From the sequence record NZ_CP012356.1: 53,985 nt of DNA; one strand, given 5' to 3'. The notes beneath the pieces were generated by a model. It saw only the letters and a list, made by a program, of their open reading frames with translations, searched no databases and had not been told where the DNA came from. Positions 27,002-36,674 of the stretch are shown in pieces. The translations under genes and the position numbers were made by a program. Position 1 is the stretch's first letter, and every line of letters starts with the position of its first letter. This DNA comes from a plasmid.

Positions 27002-28012
27002 TCAGGAAGCCGACCGGGATGGTCCCGGTACTGACGGGCTGGACGGCACGGGTGTGCCGGCCAGGGGCAGAAGGCGTGACGGCTGGTCGAGGGAGGCAAC
27101 CTCCCAGCGGCCTGCACGGCTGACAAGAGTCAGGCCGTACTGGCTGGTCCGGGTAGTGGATTCGTCGCCGGTGGGCTGGCATGTCACGGTCACCGTGACG
27201 GTAATCTTCTGCCGGTCTGAGGGGGTGGGGACCTCGTCAGGTCCCACCACATGAGTGGTTTTCACTGATACGCATGGGGCTGGGTCAACCGCGGTGAAAG
27301 CGGTCCCTGGGCTGCTCCATCTCGACAGGTCGGTATTCCCGGTCAGCATGGCGGTTAGGAAGCCTGAAGAGGCTTGGGCGGCCGGGTCGGCGGTGCGAAG
27401 CTCCGAGGTGTCTAGGGTGGGGGCTGAGGCCGGTGCAGGCATGGGGATCTGTCCAGGTAGACGCAAGGCGATGGCCTTGCCGTTGGAATCGACGTGGACC
27501 GGGACTGACCAGGCCTGTCCGCTCCCGGATTGGCCGCCCATGGTGACCACGGTGACCTGCCACAGGCTCGGATCAGACGGGGAGACGGTAGCGTCATAGG
27601 CGGTGACGGTGGTGGGCGCTGGACCAGGTTTGCGGGGCATGCGCGCATCGGTGATCTTGGCCGCCACCAGGTGTTCCAGATTGTCCAAGTGCCCGGAGTC
27701 AGAGGTCAGCAGAAGAGTAGTCACCTCGACCGCGGTGGCTGAGGCGATCTGAGCTGTGCGGCGGTCGTGATGGGTGGTGTCAGTGCTGACAGCTGTGGTG
27801 GGAGCGGATGCCGGGGCCGCCGAACGGACCAGGGCAACGGGGCCGCATGCGACTCCGCACAGCACGAGGGCAAGGAAGCCTTTGGTGGCCATCGATCCGG
27901 TGTGGGGCCAGGGACCCACGTTTTCCTGTGCCTGTTTTTTCTTGGCCGACCAACGGCGGGACTTAGGGTTAGCGGATGCACCTTCTGGGGTGCATGCTCG
28001 TCTCAATCGCAT
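27002..28012 (-). CDS. Secreted/membrane-anchored protein (336 aa), possible VirB8/TcpC-like; first gene of the conjugation operon
   Basis: Start directly follows leader element C and a GGAGGTG RBS; basic N-terminal region then hydrophobic segment. Confidence 0.5.
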   Translation of the reverse strand: MRLRRACTPEGASANPKSRRWSAKKKQAQENVGPWPHTGSMATKGFLALVLCGVACGPVALVRSAAPASAPTTAVSTDTTHHDRRTAQIASATAVEVTTLLLTSDSGHLDNLEHLVAAKITDARMPRKPGPAPTTVTAYDATVSPSDPSLWQVTVVTMGGQSGSGQAWSVPVHVDSNGKAIALRLPGQIPMPAPASAPTLDTSELRTADPAAQASSGFLTAMLTGNTDLSRWSSPGTAFTAVDPAPCVSVKTTHVVGPDEVPTPSDRQKITVTVTVTCQPTGDESTTRTSQYGLTLVSRAGRWEVASLDQPSRLLPLAGTPVPSSPSVPGPSRSAS

Positions 28013-28063
28013 CGGTCACCTCCTTCACTGGATGAAGGGACCAAGGAGGTGACCGATGTGCGG
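28013..28063 (-). promoter_or_regulatory. Conserved leader element, copy C
   Basis: CCGCACATCGG plus CCTTCActggaTGAAGG plus GGAGGTG RBS. Confidence 0.55.
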
Positions 28064-28439
28064 TCGAACCCGAAAAAGTTCAAACTTTTTTCTGGGTCTG
28101 CCTCAAGTACGACAGAAGGCCTGCATCATCACGGCGTTGTGGTAGCAGATCTTGCGTCAGCGCAAATGTATGGGCCTCGTAGGAGTAGCTCTTAGGTGGG
28201 TCCCGGTGGTTGCGGCCAGGGCGAGGGTGTCGGGTATGTGTAGCGCTAGTCCCGGGTTCGTGGTGTGAGGGCTTTTGGGTGCTGACATGCACTACCCATT
28301 GCTAGACGCTGTGCTGTGGCATGGCTGGACGTCTAGCAGACGGGTTGACATCACCTTTAGGCTGGCAGCGCCCGAGGCCGCAGGCCAGAGGAAGCGGACA
28401 GCCTAACGATTGACGTCCCCCTCTCCTTTCCCCAACCTC

Positions 28440-28520
28440 CTGGAGTCGATGACCCGGAGATAGATCGATGTCTATGCATCTGTGCATCGATATACCTATG
28501 TATCTGTCTGTGGTTTTTAG
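28440..28520. repeat. AT-rich repeat tract (GATAGATCGATG, TGTGCATCGATATAC, ATGTATCTGTCTGT) related to the parA-2 upstream motifs
   Basis: Read directly; shares TGTGCATCGAT and ATGTATCTGT with 7739-7800. Confidence 0.4.
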
Positions 28521-28831
28521 AGGCCACTCCCGTCGCCCCGGGCCGCTCAGCGATACCGCAAGGCTGTGTGGGATCAGCTGTGCCGCTCTCCCGACATGGC
28601 AGACAGCACCCTGCGGACTGACTGACACTGTGGCGCCGCGGAGGTCTCCCGCGGCGTCCGCTGGGGCGAGTGCATGCCTGTCAGCTCATCTTTTATCGTC
28701 ATGTTTCCCCTTGTCAGAGCGGTCTTTGCAAAGTGACAACGTCAGGGGTCTTGACGACAACATCCTCGACAACATCGTGGCGGTGGTCTGTGTCTCGTCA
28801 GTTCAACGCACCGGGGAAAGAGGCACCGCTG

Positions 28832-29518
28832 ATGTTCACCACCACAAACACCCTCAACGATGAGTGGGACCAGATTCGCGCCACTGAGATCGATTGGCAT
28901 GACTGCCCTGAACTGATGCACTGCATCGACGTTGATGATGTGTTGGCCGTCATTCCTGCCGCCCCCGACGCCATCTTGGGCTACCTCATTGCCCGGGCTC
29001 AGGGCGGTGACGAGTTGGCCACCCGCACTATCATCCAAGCGTTCACAGGCAAGCTTATCTTGATGGCCACGGCCACCAAGGTGCGCCGTACTAATGACGG
29101 CTTCAATGATCTGTTGGCGGGTCTGTGGGAGACGATCATCACGTACCCGTTGGATCGTCGCCCTGACAAGATCGCTGCGAACCTCATCCTCGACACGTTG
29201 CACCGGGTTACCCGGTTCTGGCGTGCTGATTCCCCCGATGAGGAAGAGGCTCACGGTCTGGTGCCCTTCCCTGACACTCTCATCGCCCCAGAGCCCGATG
29301 AGGACGTCACAGCTAGCCAGGCCATCGCCTTGGCGGTGGACCGCAACTGGATTACCGAGGACCTAGCCCGCCTCATGAGCCATATTTACTGTGACGGTAT
29401 GACTGGAGCTGATGCGGGTCGTCTGCATGGCTGCGCTCCAGCTACGGTGCGATCTCGATGCCGTGATGGTCGGGCCGTGTTGCAGCGCAACGCCGAGACG
29501 ATCCTGGCCGTCTGCTGA
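28832..29518 (+). CDS. Sigma-70-family (ECF-like) sigma factor candidate (228 aa)
   Basis: GGGGAAAGAGG RBS; region-2-like segment ILGYLIARAQGGDE; region-4-like HTH GMTGADAGRLHGCAPATVRSRCRDGRAVL. Confidence 0.45.
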   Translation: MFTTTNTLNDEWDQIRATEIDWHDCPELMHCIDVDDVLAVIPAAPDAILGYLIARAQGGDELATRTIIQAFTGKLILMATATKVRRTNDGFNDLLAGLWETIITYPLDRRPDKIAANLILDTLHRVTRFWRADSPDEEEAHGLVPFPDTLIAPEPDEDVTASQAIALAVDRNWITEDLARLMSHIYCDGMTGADAGRLHGCAPATVRSRCRDGRAVLQRNAETILAVC

Positions 29519-29544
29519 TCCCTCTCTTGCTCATGCCTGCCGCC

Positions 29545-29680
29545 ACCCTACCCCTACCTGCTAGAAACATAGCCATGTCTCCAGCAACGCATCTAGCGTA
29601 TCTTCTAGCAATTGATCTAGCTATGTATATAGCTGATGATCTAGCTACCATATAGCTGTGTCTCCAGCCCAAAGGACAGC
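29545..29680. repeat. Iteron-like repeats upstream of the tad-linked parA-like gene: TGTCTCCAGC x2, GATCTAGCTA x2-3, multiple CTAG
   Basis: Read directly in an AT-richer tract. Confidence 0.4.
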
Positions 29681-29752
29681 CCAATGGCATGCTTGCCACA
29701 GGAAGGTGCGTCAGCCTCCCGAAATACTGGAAGGAGCTTTACCGTGCAGGAC

Positions 29753-30679
29753 ATGACCTCGACCAGACCGATTGACCGATCCCCGTTCGACCGCACTATT
29801 GCGGTGTGGAACCACAAAGGCGGCACGTTCAAGACGTCCGTCGTGGCGAACCTGGGATACCTGTTCGCCGCCGGTGGCAACAAGGTGCTGCTGGTCGACA
29901 TGGACCCCCAGGCCAATCTCGACATTGACTTCGGTATACCCGCGGGAGAACGTGAACGGGGCATGGGATTAGCCGAGGCGCTACGTGAGGGGACGGCCCT
30001 TCCCCCACCGCAGCATCTCAGCGAAAACCTTCACCTGGTCAGTGGCGGCGCTGCTCTCAACGAGTTCACCGACCCCGCATCCTTAGCGGCCATCCTCGAC
30101 CGAGTCACCACCGCACGCTACGACCTGCTAGCTCAGGCCCTTGCCCCGCTGGCCTGGGACTATGACCTCATCTTCATCGACTCCGGGCCGGCACAAACTC
30201 TGCTGTCCCAGACCATCCTTGGAGTAGCCCGCTGGCTGGTAGTGCCCACCCGCACCGATAACGCCTCAATCACTGGCCTCGTCGACGTTCAAGACGCCAT
30301 CGACGGGGTTGCCTCCTGCAACCCTGACCTTCAACTACTCGGCGTTGTCCTAGCCGGCGTGGGGGCCCGGGCCACCCGGATCGCCGCAGATAAACGCCAC
30401 GCCATCGACACAGTGCTGGGGGCAGGAACCGTTTTCGATGCGGTCATCCACTACTCCGAGAAGGTGTCCGTGCTCGCACGCCAGCAGGGCAAGACCGTCG
30501 CCGAGCTAGCCAACGAGTACCACAACACCCAGCCCGCCTACACCTACCTAGCTAAAGGCCAGAACATCCCCAACGTCGCCAAGGCAGCCGTCAGCATCGA
30601 AACTGATTATCTGAGGCTGGCCACCGAGATCAGCGACCGCATGTTCACCAGCGACGAGCAGGAGCCTGATCATGACTGA
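29753..30679 (+). CDS. ParA/MinD-family ATPase (about 309 aa; alternative GTG start at 29744)
   Basis: Deviant Walker A WNHKGGTFKTS, VDMDPQANL, FIDSGP. Confidence 0.7.
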   Translation: MTSTRPIDRSPFDRTIAVWNHKGGTFKTSVVANLGYLFAAGGNKVLLVDMDPQANLDIDFGIPAGERERGMGLAEALREGTALPPPQHLSENLHLVSGGAALNEFTDPASLAAILDRVTTARYDLLAQALAPLAWDYDLIFIDSGPAQTLLSQTILGVARWLVVPTRTDNASITGLVDVQDAIDGVASCNPDLQLLGVVLAGVGARATRIAADKRHAIDTVLGAGTVFDAVIHYSEKVSVLARQQGKTVAELANEYHNTQPAYTYLAKGQNIPNVAKAAVSIETDYLRLATEISDRMFTSDEQEPDHD

Positions 30680-31277
30680 CGATCCGACTCCATCCGAGCA
30701 GAACAACCCCACCAGCGACGACATGCGCTTGGCCGAAGAATGGGCCAACAGCGGCCGCACAGTGGGAGCCCTGCCGCGCCGTCAACGGCCTCAGCGACCC
30801 ACACCCCGCACCACCAGCCAACCCCCTGTCTCGTCCCCTGACACACCGGCTCCGAAAAAACCCCAGAAGACCCCCACCAGCCAGCCTGGCCGTCAACGGA
30901 TCAACGTCACCGTCTACGTTGTGCCCGAACTCCATGAGCGGCTGCGCTCCCGATCGGCGGCGACGGGGGTGACGGTCTCGGATCTGGTGGTGCATGCGTT
31001 AGCGTTCGTCGCCGATCATGCGGGGGAGGCGATCGCCGATGATCTGCGCGTCGAGACGGGCCCCGGCATGGGGGCCGGACTGTTCGATGTGACCCCATCG
31101 CGGCCAGTAGGGGTCGCCAAAACCCAGCTGGGGGTGCGAATGACCCGCCACAACAAGGATGGTTTGGACCAGCTGACCCGGACGAGTGGAGCCCGTGACC
31201 GCAGCCATCTTGTGTCTGTCGCCGTGCGCGACTATCTCGACTCCAACCCTGTAAAGAAAGGCCGACATGTCCGCTGA
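30672..31277 (+). CDS. DNA-binding protein with two ribbon-helix-helix repeats (201 aa), partner of the preceding ParA-like ATPase
   Basis: RHH-like segments RINVTVYVVPELHERLRSRS and VRMTRHNKDGLDQLTRTSG; 8-nt overlap with the upstream gene. Confidence 0.5.
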   Translation: MTDDPTPSEQNNPTSDDMRLAEEWANSGRTVGALPRRQRPQRPTPRTTSQPPVSSPDTPAPKKPQKTPTSQPGRQRINVTVYVVPELHERLRSRSAATGVTVSDLVVHALAFVADHAGEAIADDLRVETGPGMGAGLFDVTPSRPVGVAKTQLGVRMTRHNKDGLDQLTRTSGARDRSHLVSVAVRDYLDSNPVKKGRHVR

Positions 31278-31932
31278 TGAAACTCCTGCCGCCCGGGGTG
31301 GGCGACGCTTTGATACGACCGTCAAGCCCAGGCGCCGTCCCATGCTTATCGCCGCCGGTATCGCCATCGTGATAGTCGGCGCGCTCCTCATCACTCAGTT
31401 GATTCGCTCCGCCCAAACCGAGCATCGCGTGCTGGAAGTCCACGCCGATGTGGCTCGCGGCGAGGTCATCCGTGACACCGATCTGGTATCGGTGACTGTC
31501 GGCCAGGTCGACAACGTATCAACGGTTCCCGCAGACCAGCTCGACTCACTGGTCGGCAAACGCGCCACGGCAGATCTTCGAGCCGGATCACTCTTGCCTG
31601 CTGGGGCTATCGGCCCGGCCGATGTCGTTCCAGCTCCGGGCAAGTCGCTGGTCGGGCTGAAGCTAGCCGCCGGACAGATCCCTATCGGAGACCTTGCTGT
31701 CGGGACGAAGCTGCGCCTGATCCAGACGTCGGCACCCAGCGGCTCATCCACCACCACTGATAGCAGCACCAATACCGATGGCCAGTCGTGGGAGGCAACA
31801 ATGGCGACCGGCACCAAAAAGACCGAGCAGGTCACCTTGATCAACGCCGAAGTGAACTCGCGTGATGCCGCCCGGATCGCCCAACTGACGTCACAGGGCC
31901 GTATCGCCGTAGTGAAGGATCCGATCCGATGA
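31267..31932 (+). CDS. cpaB: CpaB/RcpC-like Flp pilus assembly protein (221 aa)
   Basis: N-terminal transmembrane anchor then SAF-like domain; sits in the tad locus. Confidence 0.55.
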   Translation: MSADETPAARGGRRFDTTVKPRRRPMLIAAGIAIVIVGALLITQLIRSAQTEHRVLEVHADVARGEVIRDTDLVSVTVGQVDNVSTVPADQLDSLVGKRATADLRAGSLLPAGAIGPADVVPAPGKSLVGLKLAAGQIPIGDLAVGTKLRLIQTSAPSGSSTTTDSSTNTDGQSWEATMATGTKKTEQVTLINAEVNSRDAARIAQLTSQGRIAVVKDPIR

Positions 31933-32747
31933 GCACCATTGTTTTGACCAGCGTCTCGGGAGCCCCAGGGGTCACCACGACAGCGATCGGGCTGGGCAGG
32001 GTCTGGCCACAATCGAGCCTGGTCGTCGAGGATGACACCCACCACGCCATGCTGGCGGGCTACCTGCGAGCCTCCCAGCACGCCGAACCGAACCTGGCCG
32101 CAGTGGCGAACCTGACGTCGACTCCAACCAACGCCCAAACGGTGTGGGAATCTATCGCCAGACCCCTACCCACCGATGACCCAGTCGGCGGGCTGCGACG
32201 CAAAGGCATCCTCGGCCCGCCCACGCCGTGGTCTCGCGCAGGCATCGACCCCCGATGGGGATTCATGCTGGCCCTGTGGCGGCAACTGGAGGAGGCTGGC
32301 ATCGACACCATCATCGATTTGGGTCGCCTAGCCACACCACTGACCTCAACGCCACACCTGATCGCCGCACCCATCGTCGAGGACGCCGACATGATCTTGG
32401 TGATGATCGAGGCGACACTACGCGACATCGCCGGCGCCCGCACGATGGTGGAGGGACTCGCTGAGCAGATGAACTTGGCCGGCGCCTACCGACGTCTCGG
32501 ACTGCTTGTCCACCGTGGCGGCCAGGCCCGCGGCGTCGCCGAGTTCAATGACAAGGAGATCACCTCGGCGTTACGACTCCCGGTCATCGGGGCCATTACC
32601 CACGACCCGGCCGGAGCCGCCCAACTCTCCGACGGGGTCGGGCAGCGGTTCGACAAGTCACGTCTGGCCCACTCACTATCAAAGGTGGCGGCCAGCCTCG
32701 TCGATGCCATAAACAAGCGCCACGCTGATGACGAGGAGGATCTGTGA
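31929..32747 (+). CDS. tadZ: TadZ/CpaE-like protein (272 aa) with a degenerate P-loop
   Basis: SGAPGVTTTAIGLG in place of a Walker A; position upstream of cpaF. Confidence 0.5.
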   Translation: MSTIVLTSVSGAPGVTTTAIGLGRVWPQSSLVVEDDTHHAMLAGYLRASQHAEPNLAAVANLTSTPTNAQTVWESIARPLPTDDPVGGLRRKGILGPPTPWSRAGIDPRWGFMLALWRQLEEAGIDTIIDLGRLATPLTSTPHLIAAPIVEDADMILVMIEATLRDIAGARTMVEGLAEQMNLAGAYRRLGLLVHRGGQARGVAEFNDKEITSALRLPVIGAITHDPAGAAQLSDGVGQRFDKSRLAHSLSKVAASLVDAINKRHADDEEDL

Positions 32748-34240
32748 TGGCCAGTTTTGCTGATAATCCGTTCGACAAGCTGCGCTCCCAGGATGCGGCA
32801 AGAGCTTCGGTAGAGCAGGAGCCTGATGCCGGATTAGCGTCGGAGTTGTTTTCGACGTCGTCGGGGTGGGCCAGCTCTCAGCAGGTGTCCCAAGCTCAAC
32901 CGGTGATGACCCGTTCGGAGAACGTGGATTGGCCGGTTGTCGCGGAGCTAGCCAGTACGGCCACTGATGAGGTTGAGGCTGAGATCAGCAGGTGGAGTTC
33001 CACTCATGATGGGGTGGCGACGCTAGACATTCGCCAGGCCATCGCGGAGCCTGCTATTGCCTCGGCGGTGTCTACGTATGCTGACCGACGCCAGATCGAT
33101 GTAGGGGAGACCTGGCCTGATCTGGTACGCCAGCGATACCGCAAGGCTGTGTGGGATCAGCTGTTCGGGATGGGGCGGTTGCAGCCGCTGTTCGAAATCA
33201 GCGACGCCGAAAACATCATCGTGGTGGGTAACCATGAGGTGGTTGTCGACCACAACGATGGTTCCCGGTCAACGCTGCCGCCGGTGGCCGACTCGGATGC
33301 CGAGCTGGAATCCCAGATCGCCCGGATGGCGAGGAATGCGACCCCGCGGCGAGCCTTCGACGCCGATCACACCGATGTGACGATCATGCACCAACAGAAG
33401 TTCCGTATCCACGCGATCTCTTCGGAGGTGTCGTTGCAACCGTCGGTGGTCATCCGCCAACATTTGCTCACCCAAATCAGTCTGGGGGACCTGTCCCAGC
33501 GGGGAATGATGCCGGTGGAAGTGGCCCGGTTCCTCGATGAGGCGGTACAAGCTGGCAAGTCCATCGTGGTCGCCGGCGAGCAGGGGGCAGGCAAGACGAC
33601 GTTTTTACGAGCGTTGATCCACGCCATTCCGATGCGGGAGCGGTTCGCCACGTTGGAGACCGATCAGGAGTTGTTCGCTCATCTGATGCCTGGCCGGGAA
33701 AACACGCTGGTGCTGTTCGCCCGTGATGGTAACGGCGAGGTGGATCCGGCGACTGGCACCCAGCACGGCGCTATCGAGATCGCCCAGCTGATTCCTCCTA
33801 GCCTGCGCCAGGCGTTAACTAGGGTCATTGTCGGTGAGGTGCGCGGCAATGAGGCTTCGGCCATGTTCCAGGCTATGCAGTCGGGGACTGGCACTATGAG
33901 CAGTATCCACTCCCCGCGAGCCTCTGAGGTGCCGTCCCGGCTAGCCCAAATGATTTCGATGGGCCCGGTCTACGATCTGGATCAGGCCATGCTGCAGATC
34001 GGTCATTCGATCGACTACATCGTCTTTGTTCGTAAGCGTGACCTGCCTGATGGGAGCCGGCTGCGATTTGTTGAGCAGATCCGTTCAGTCTCGCCTGGTG
34101 ATTCGACAACTCCCAGTCTTGGCGAGGTGTACACGGCTGACTCGTGGACAGGCCAGCCGCTTACGCCACTCATGCCTGGTTCGGCCGCCGACGAGCTGTC
34201 TCACTTCGCCCGAGACCTGGATTACTGCGAGGCCCACTGA
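32744..34240 (+). CDS. tadA: CpaF/TadA secretion ATPase (498 aa)
   Basis: Walker A GEQGAGKTTFLRAL; VirB11/CpaF family layout. Confidence 0.85.
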   Translation: MMASFADNPFDKLRSQDAARASVEQEPDAGLASELFSTSSGWASSQQVSQAQPVMTRSENVDWPVVAELASTATDEVEAEISRWSSTHDGVATLDIRQAIAEPAIASAVSTYADRRQIDVGETWPDLVRQRYRKAVWDQLFGMGRLQPLFEISDAENIIVVGNHEVVVDHNDGSRSTLPPVADSDAELESQIARMARNATPRRAFDADHTDVTIMHQQKFRIHAISSEVSLQPSVVIRQHLLTQISLGDLSQRGMMPVEVARFLDEAVQAGKSIVVAGEQGAGKTTFLRALIHAIPMRERFATLETDQELFAHLMPGRENTLVLFARDGNGEVDPATGTQHGAIEIAQLIPPSLRQALTRVIVGEVRGNEASAMFQAMQSGTGTMSSIHSPRASEVPSRLAQMISMGPVYDLDQAMLQIGHSIDYIVFVRKRDLPDGSRLRFVEQIRSVSPGDSTTPSLGEVYTADSWTGQPLTPLMPGSAADELSHFARDLDYCEAH

Positions 34241-35106
34241 TGAACACCCCAGCGCTGATAGCAGCCCTCATCGTGACCGGCCTGGGACTGATCATGGCCA
34301 TCAACGGCCTGATCCCGGCCACACCCAAACCCGGCACCACGCTGACGCTGTCACAGCGGTGGGCCCGGGCCACCCACCGCCCAGCCGGGGCAGCCGGGCG
34401 CCGACGCGACCTGCGCTGGGCGCTGGCCGGTCTCGTCGGCATCGTGCTGTTCGTCCTCACAGGTTGGGTCGCTGCCCTGGCCCTGGGCCCCATCACCGTG
34501 CTGCTAGCACCCACCCTGCTGGGGGCGGCCCCACCGACCGATATTCCGCTGATGGAGGCGTTGGATCGGTGGGTGCGTCAGGTCGCTGCGGTGCTGCCAC
34601 AGGGGCGAGACATCATCACAGCGGTGCGGATCTCACGGCCGCGGGCCCCGAAGCTGATCGCCGGGTCGGTGGATCAACTGGTGTCCCGGTTGGATGGCCG
34701 TATGGAGCCGAGGGAGGCGTTCCAGCGGATGGCCGACGAGCTGGACTCGGCTGAGGCTGACGCGGTGCTGGCCTCACTAGCGTTGGCGGCCACTCATCCG
34801 CGGGGAGCCTCGACAACGTTGAAGGCTATTGCTGGCAACATCCAACAGCGGTTGAAAGTGCTGCGGCAGGTGGAGGCTGAGCGGTCTAAGCCGCGTAACT
34901 CGGTGCGCCAGATCACACTGGTCACGATCGCCATGTTCGGGGGGCTGCTCGTGATCGGACGGTCGTTTCTGGCCCCGCTGGCGACCCCTCCCGGTCAGGT
35001 GCTGGTGGCCGTGGCGGTGGTCATGTATGTCATCGCACTAGTGCAGATGTATCGGATGGCGCGGCCCCGTCGACGCACCCGGATCATGGTCAGGAGGACC
35101 CGATGA
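34240..35106 (+). CDS. tadB: TadB inner-membrane pilus assembly protein (288 aa)
   Basis: TGATG coupling to cpaF; transmembrane helices; synteny. Confidence 0.65.
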   Translation: MNTPALIAALIVTGLGLIMAINGLIPATPKPGTTLTLSQRWARATHRPAGAAGRRRDLRWALAGLVGIVLFVLTGWVAALALGPITVLLAPTLLGAAPPTDIPLMEALDRWVRQVAAVLPQGRDIITAVRISRPRAPKLIAGSVDQLVSRLDGRMEPREAFQRMADELDSAEADAVLASLALAATHPRGASTTLKAIAGNIQQRLKVLRQVEAERSKPRNSVRQITLVTIAMFGGLLVIGRSFLAPLATPPGQVLVAVAVVMYVIALVQMYRMARPRRRTRIMVRRTR

Positions 35107-35996
35107 CCATTACTGCTTTGTCCCTGCTGGCCGGGGCCATCGTCACTGTCGGACTGCTGGTCATCGTGGCAGCGTTCCGCCCAGCCCCAGGCCCTGACCT
35201 GGTTGCCGCTCTGGAGGTGGTGTCGGGTCGCACCTCAAGCGTCGCCGAGAACGTCGACCAGACCCGGATCGGGCGGATAGGTCGCAGCGTGACCCGCACA
35301 TTCCATGTGTCGGTGTCCCCGGCCATGCGGGCCGCACTGCGACTCCAAGGCACGACCCCCGAAGCGTTCTACGGTCGACGCCTGATCTGCGCACTGATCG
35401 GGGCGATCCTGCCGTGGCTGCTCAACGCGGTAGCCATCGCGGTAGGGGCGAATTCCCCGAACCTACTCATCCCTTCGGCGCTGTGTGTGGCGTTAGCTGG
35501 CGCTGGATGGATGCTGCCGGCAGCACGGTTGAAGGCTGCGGCCGGGCCCACCAACGATGACTCGTTCGAAGCGCTGCTGGTATTCATCGATTTGGTCGTG
35601 CTGGAACGGCTCGCCAACGAAACCTCCGTCGACGCGCTCACCAATGCGGCAAACATGTCGGACTCGCCGCTATTCGTCCAGATCCGTCAAGTCCTCAACC
35701 GTGCCTCCCTGGAAAACGTCGACCCGTGGAACGGGCTAGACCGGCTAGCCGAGGACATCAAACTGCCCGAACTCACCGATGTGGTCTCCATCGCCCGCCT
35801 CCAAAACGAAGGCGCCTCCCTCGTCGACAGTTTCCGGGCCCGAGTCGCCGAGTTGCGCGACGCCTACCTGCTGCGCCTGCAACAAGAATCCACCGCCATC
35901 ACCCAGCGGCTTGGTTTGTGGACGATCCTGCAAGCCGGCTCGGTCATGCTCATCTTGCTGGGGGCGGCCGCCCTCACACTCATCACAGCCGGATAA
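35103..35996 (+). CDS. tadC: TadC inner-membrane pilus assembly protein (297 aa)
   Basis: Transmembrane helices; synteny after tadB. Confidence 0.65.
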   Translation: MTITALSLLAGAIVTVGLLVIVAAFRPAPGPDLVAALEVVSGRTSSVAENVDQTRIGRIGRSVTRTFHVSVSPAMRAALRLQGTTPEAFYGRRLICALIGAILPWLLNAVAIAVGANSPNLLIPSALCVALAGAGWMLPAARLKAAAGPTNDDSFEALLVFIDLVVLERLANETSVDALTNAANMSDSPLFVQIRQVLNRASLENVDPWNGLDRLAEDIKLPELTDVVSIARLQNEGASLVDSFRARVAELRDAYLLRLQQESTAITQRLGLWTILQAGSVMLILLGAAALTLITAG

Positions 35997-36096
35997 ACCG
36001 ACATCGTGTCGAGCCCCCATATGGGCCGCGAACCTTTCATAATGATGCCTGTAAGCACCACAATATTGATCACAACCTAACAATGAAGGAGAAATC

Positions 36097-36291
36097 ATGA
36101 TGACCGATCTCGACCTGGCTAAAAAACAGATCACCTGGCTGGCGGCGCACCTGCGTTCCCGGATCGTTGACGAGCGTGGCGGTGGTAGCTCTACCGTGGA
36201 GACACTGATTTGGATTGGTGTCATCGTGGCGCTGGTGATTGGTGTGGGCGTCGGGGTGACGGCCTATATCAGGTCGAAGATGCCTCACTGA
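36097..36291 (+). CDS. flp: Flp-family pilin precursor (64 aa)
   Basis: AAGGAG RBS; leader ...ERGGGSSTVETLIW followed by a hydrophobic stretch (Flp-type prepilin motif). Confidence 0.6.
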   Translation: MMTDLDLAKKQITWLAAHLRSRIVDERGGGSSTVETLIWIGVIVALVIGVGVGVTAYIRSKMPH

Positions 36292-36296
36292 CGACG

Positions 36297-36674
36297 ATGC
36301 GTAGCAGGTTCACAACTGATCAGCGTGGCGGTGGTAGCGCGTCGGTGGGGATGCTCCTGCTGATGCCTGCGATCATGCTGCTGGCATTCGGTGGGATCGA
36401 GGTCGGGATGTGGTGTCACGCCCATCAGTCGACCATCGCGGCAGCCCAAAGCGCCGCGGAGGCTCAGCGTGTCGTCCATCCGGTCCCGGGGTCGGCACAG
36501 GAGGCAGCCTCGCAGATCACTAGTCATGGCGGGGTGCGTGATACCCGGATATCGGTCAGTGATGACGGGGCCACTGTCACGGTGACCGTCTCAGGTCGGG
36601 CCCCATCGATGCTGGGGCTGCATCTTCCGGCTGTGTCGTCGACAGCGTCGATGCCCAAGGAGCGCCTGTCGTGA
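36297..36674 (+). CDS. TadE-like pseudopilin 1 (125 aa)
   Basis: N-terminal QRGGGSASVGMLLLMPAIMLLAFGG prepilin-like motif plus hydrophobic helix. Confidence 0.55.
   Translation: MRSRFTTDQRGGGSASVGMLLLMPAIMLLAFGGIEVGMWCHAHQSTIAAAQSAAEAQRVVHPVPGSAQEAASQITSHGGVRDTRISVSDDGATVTVTVSGRAPSMLGLHLPAVSSTASMPKERLS

Noticed and set aside
34026-34754. 242-aa ORF overlapping the cpaF/tadB junction
   Set aside because: Arg/Pro/Gly-rich, out of frame with the well-supported tadA and tadB genes.
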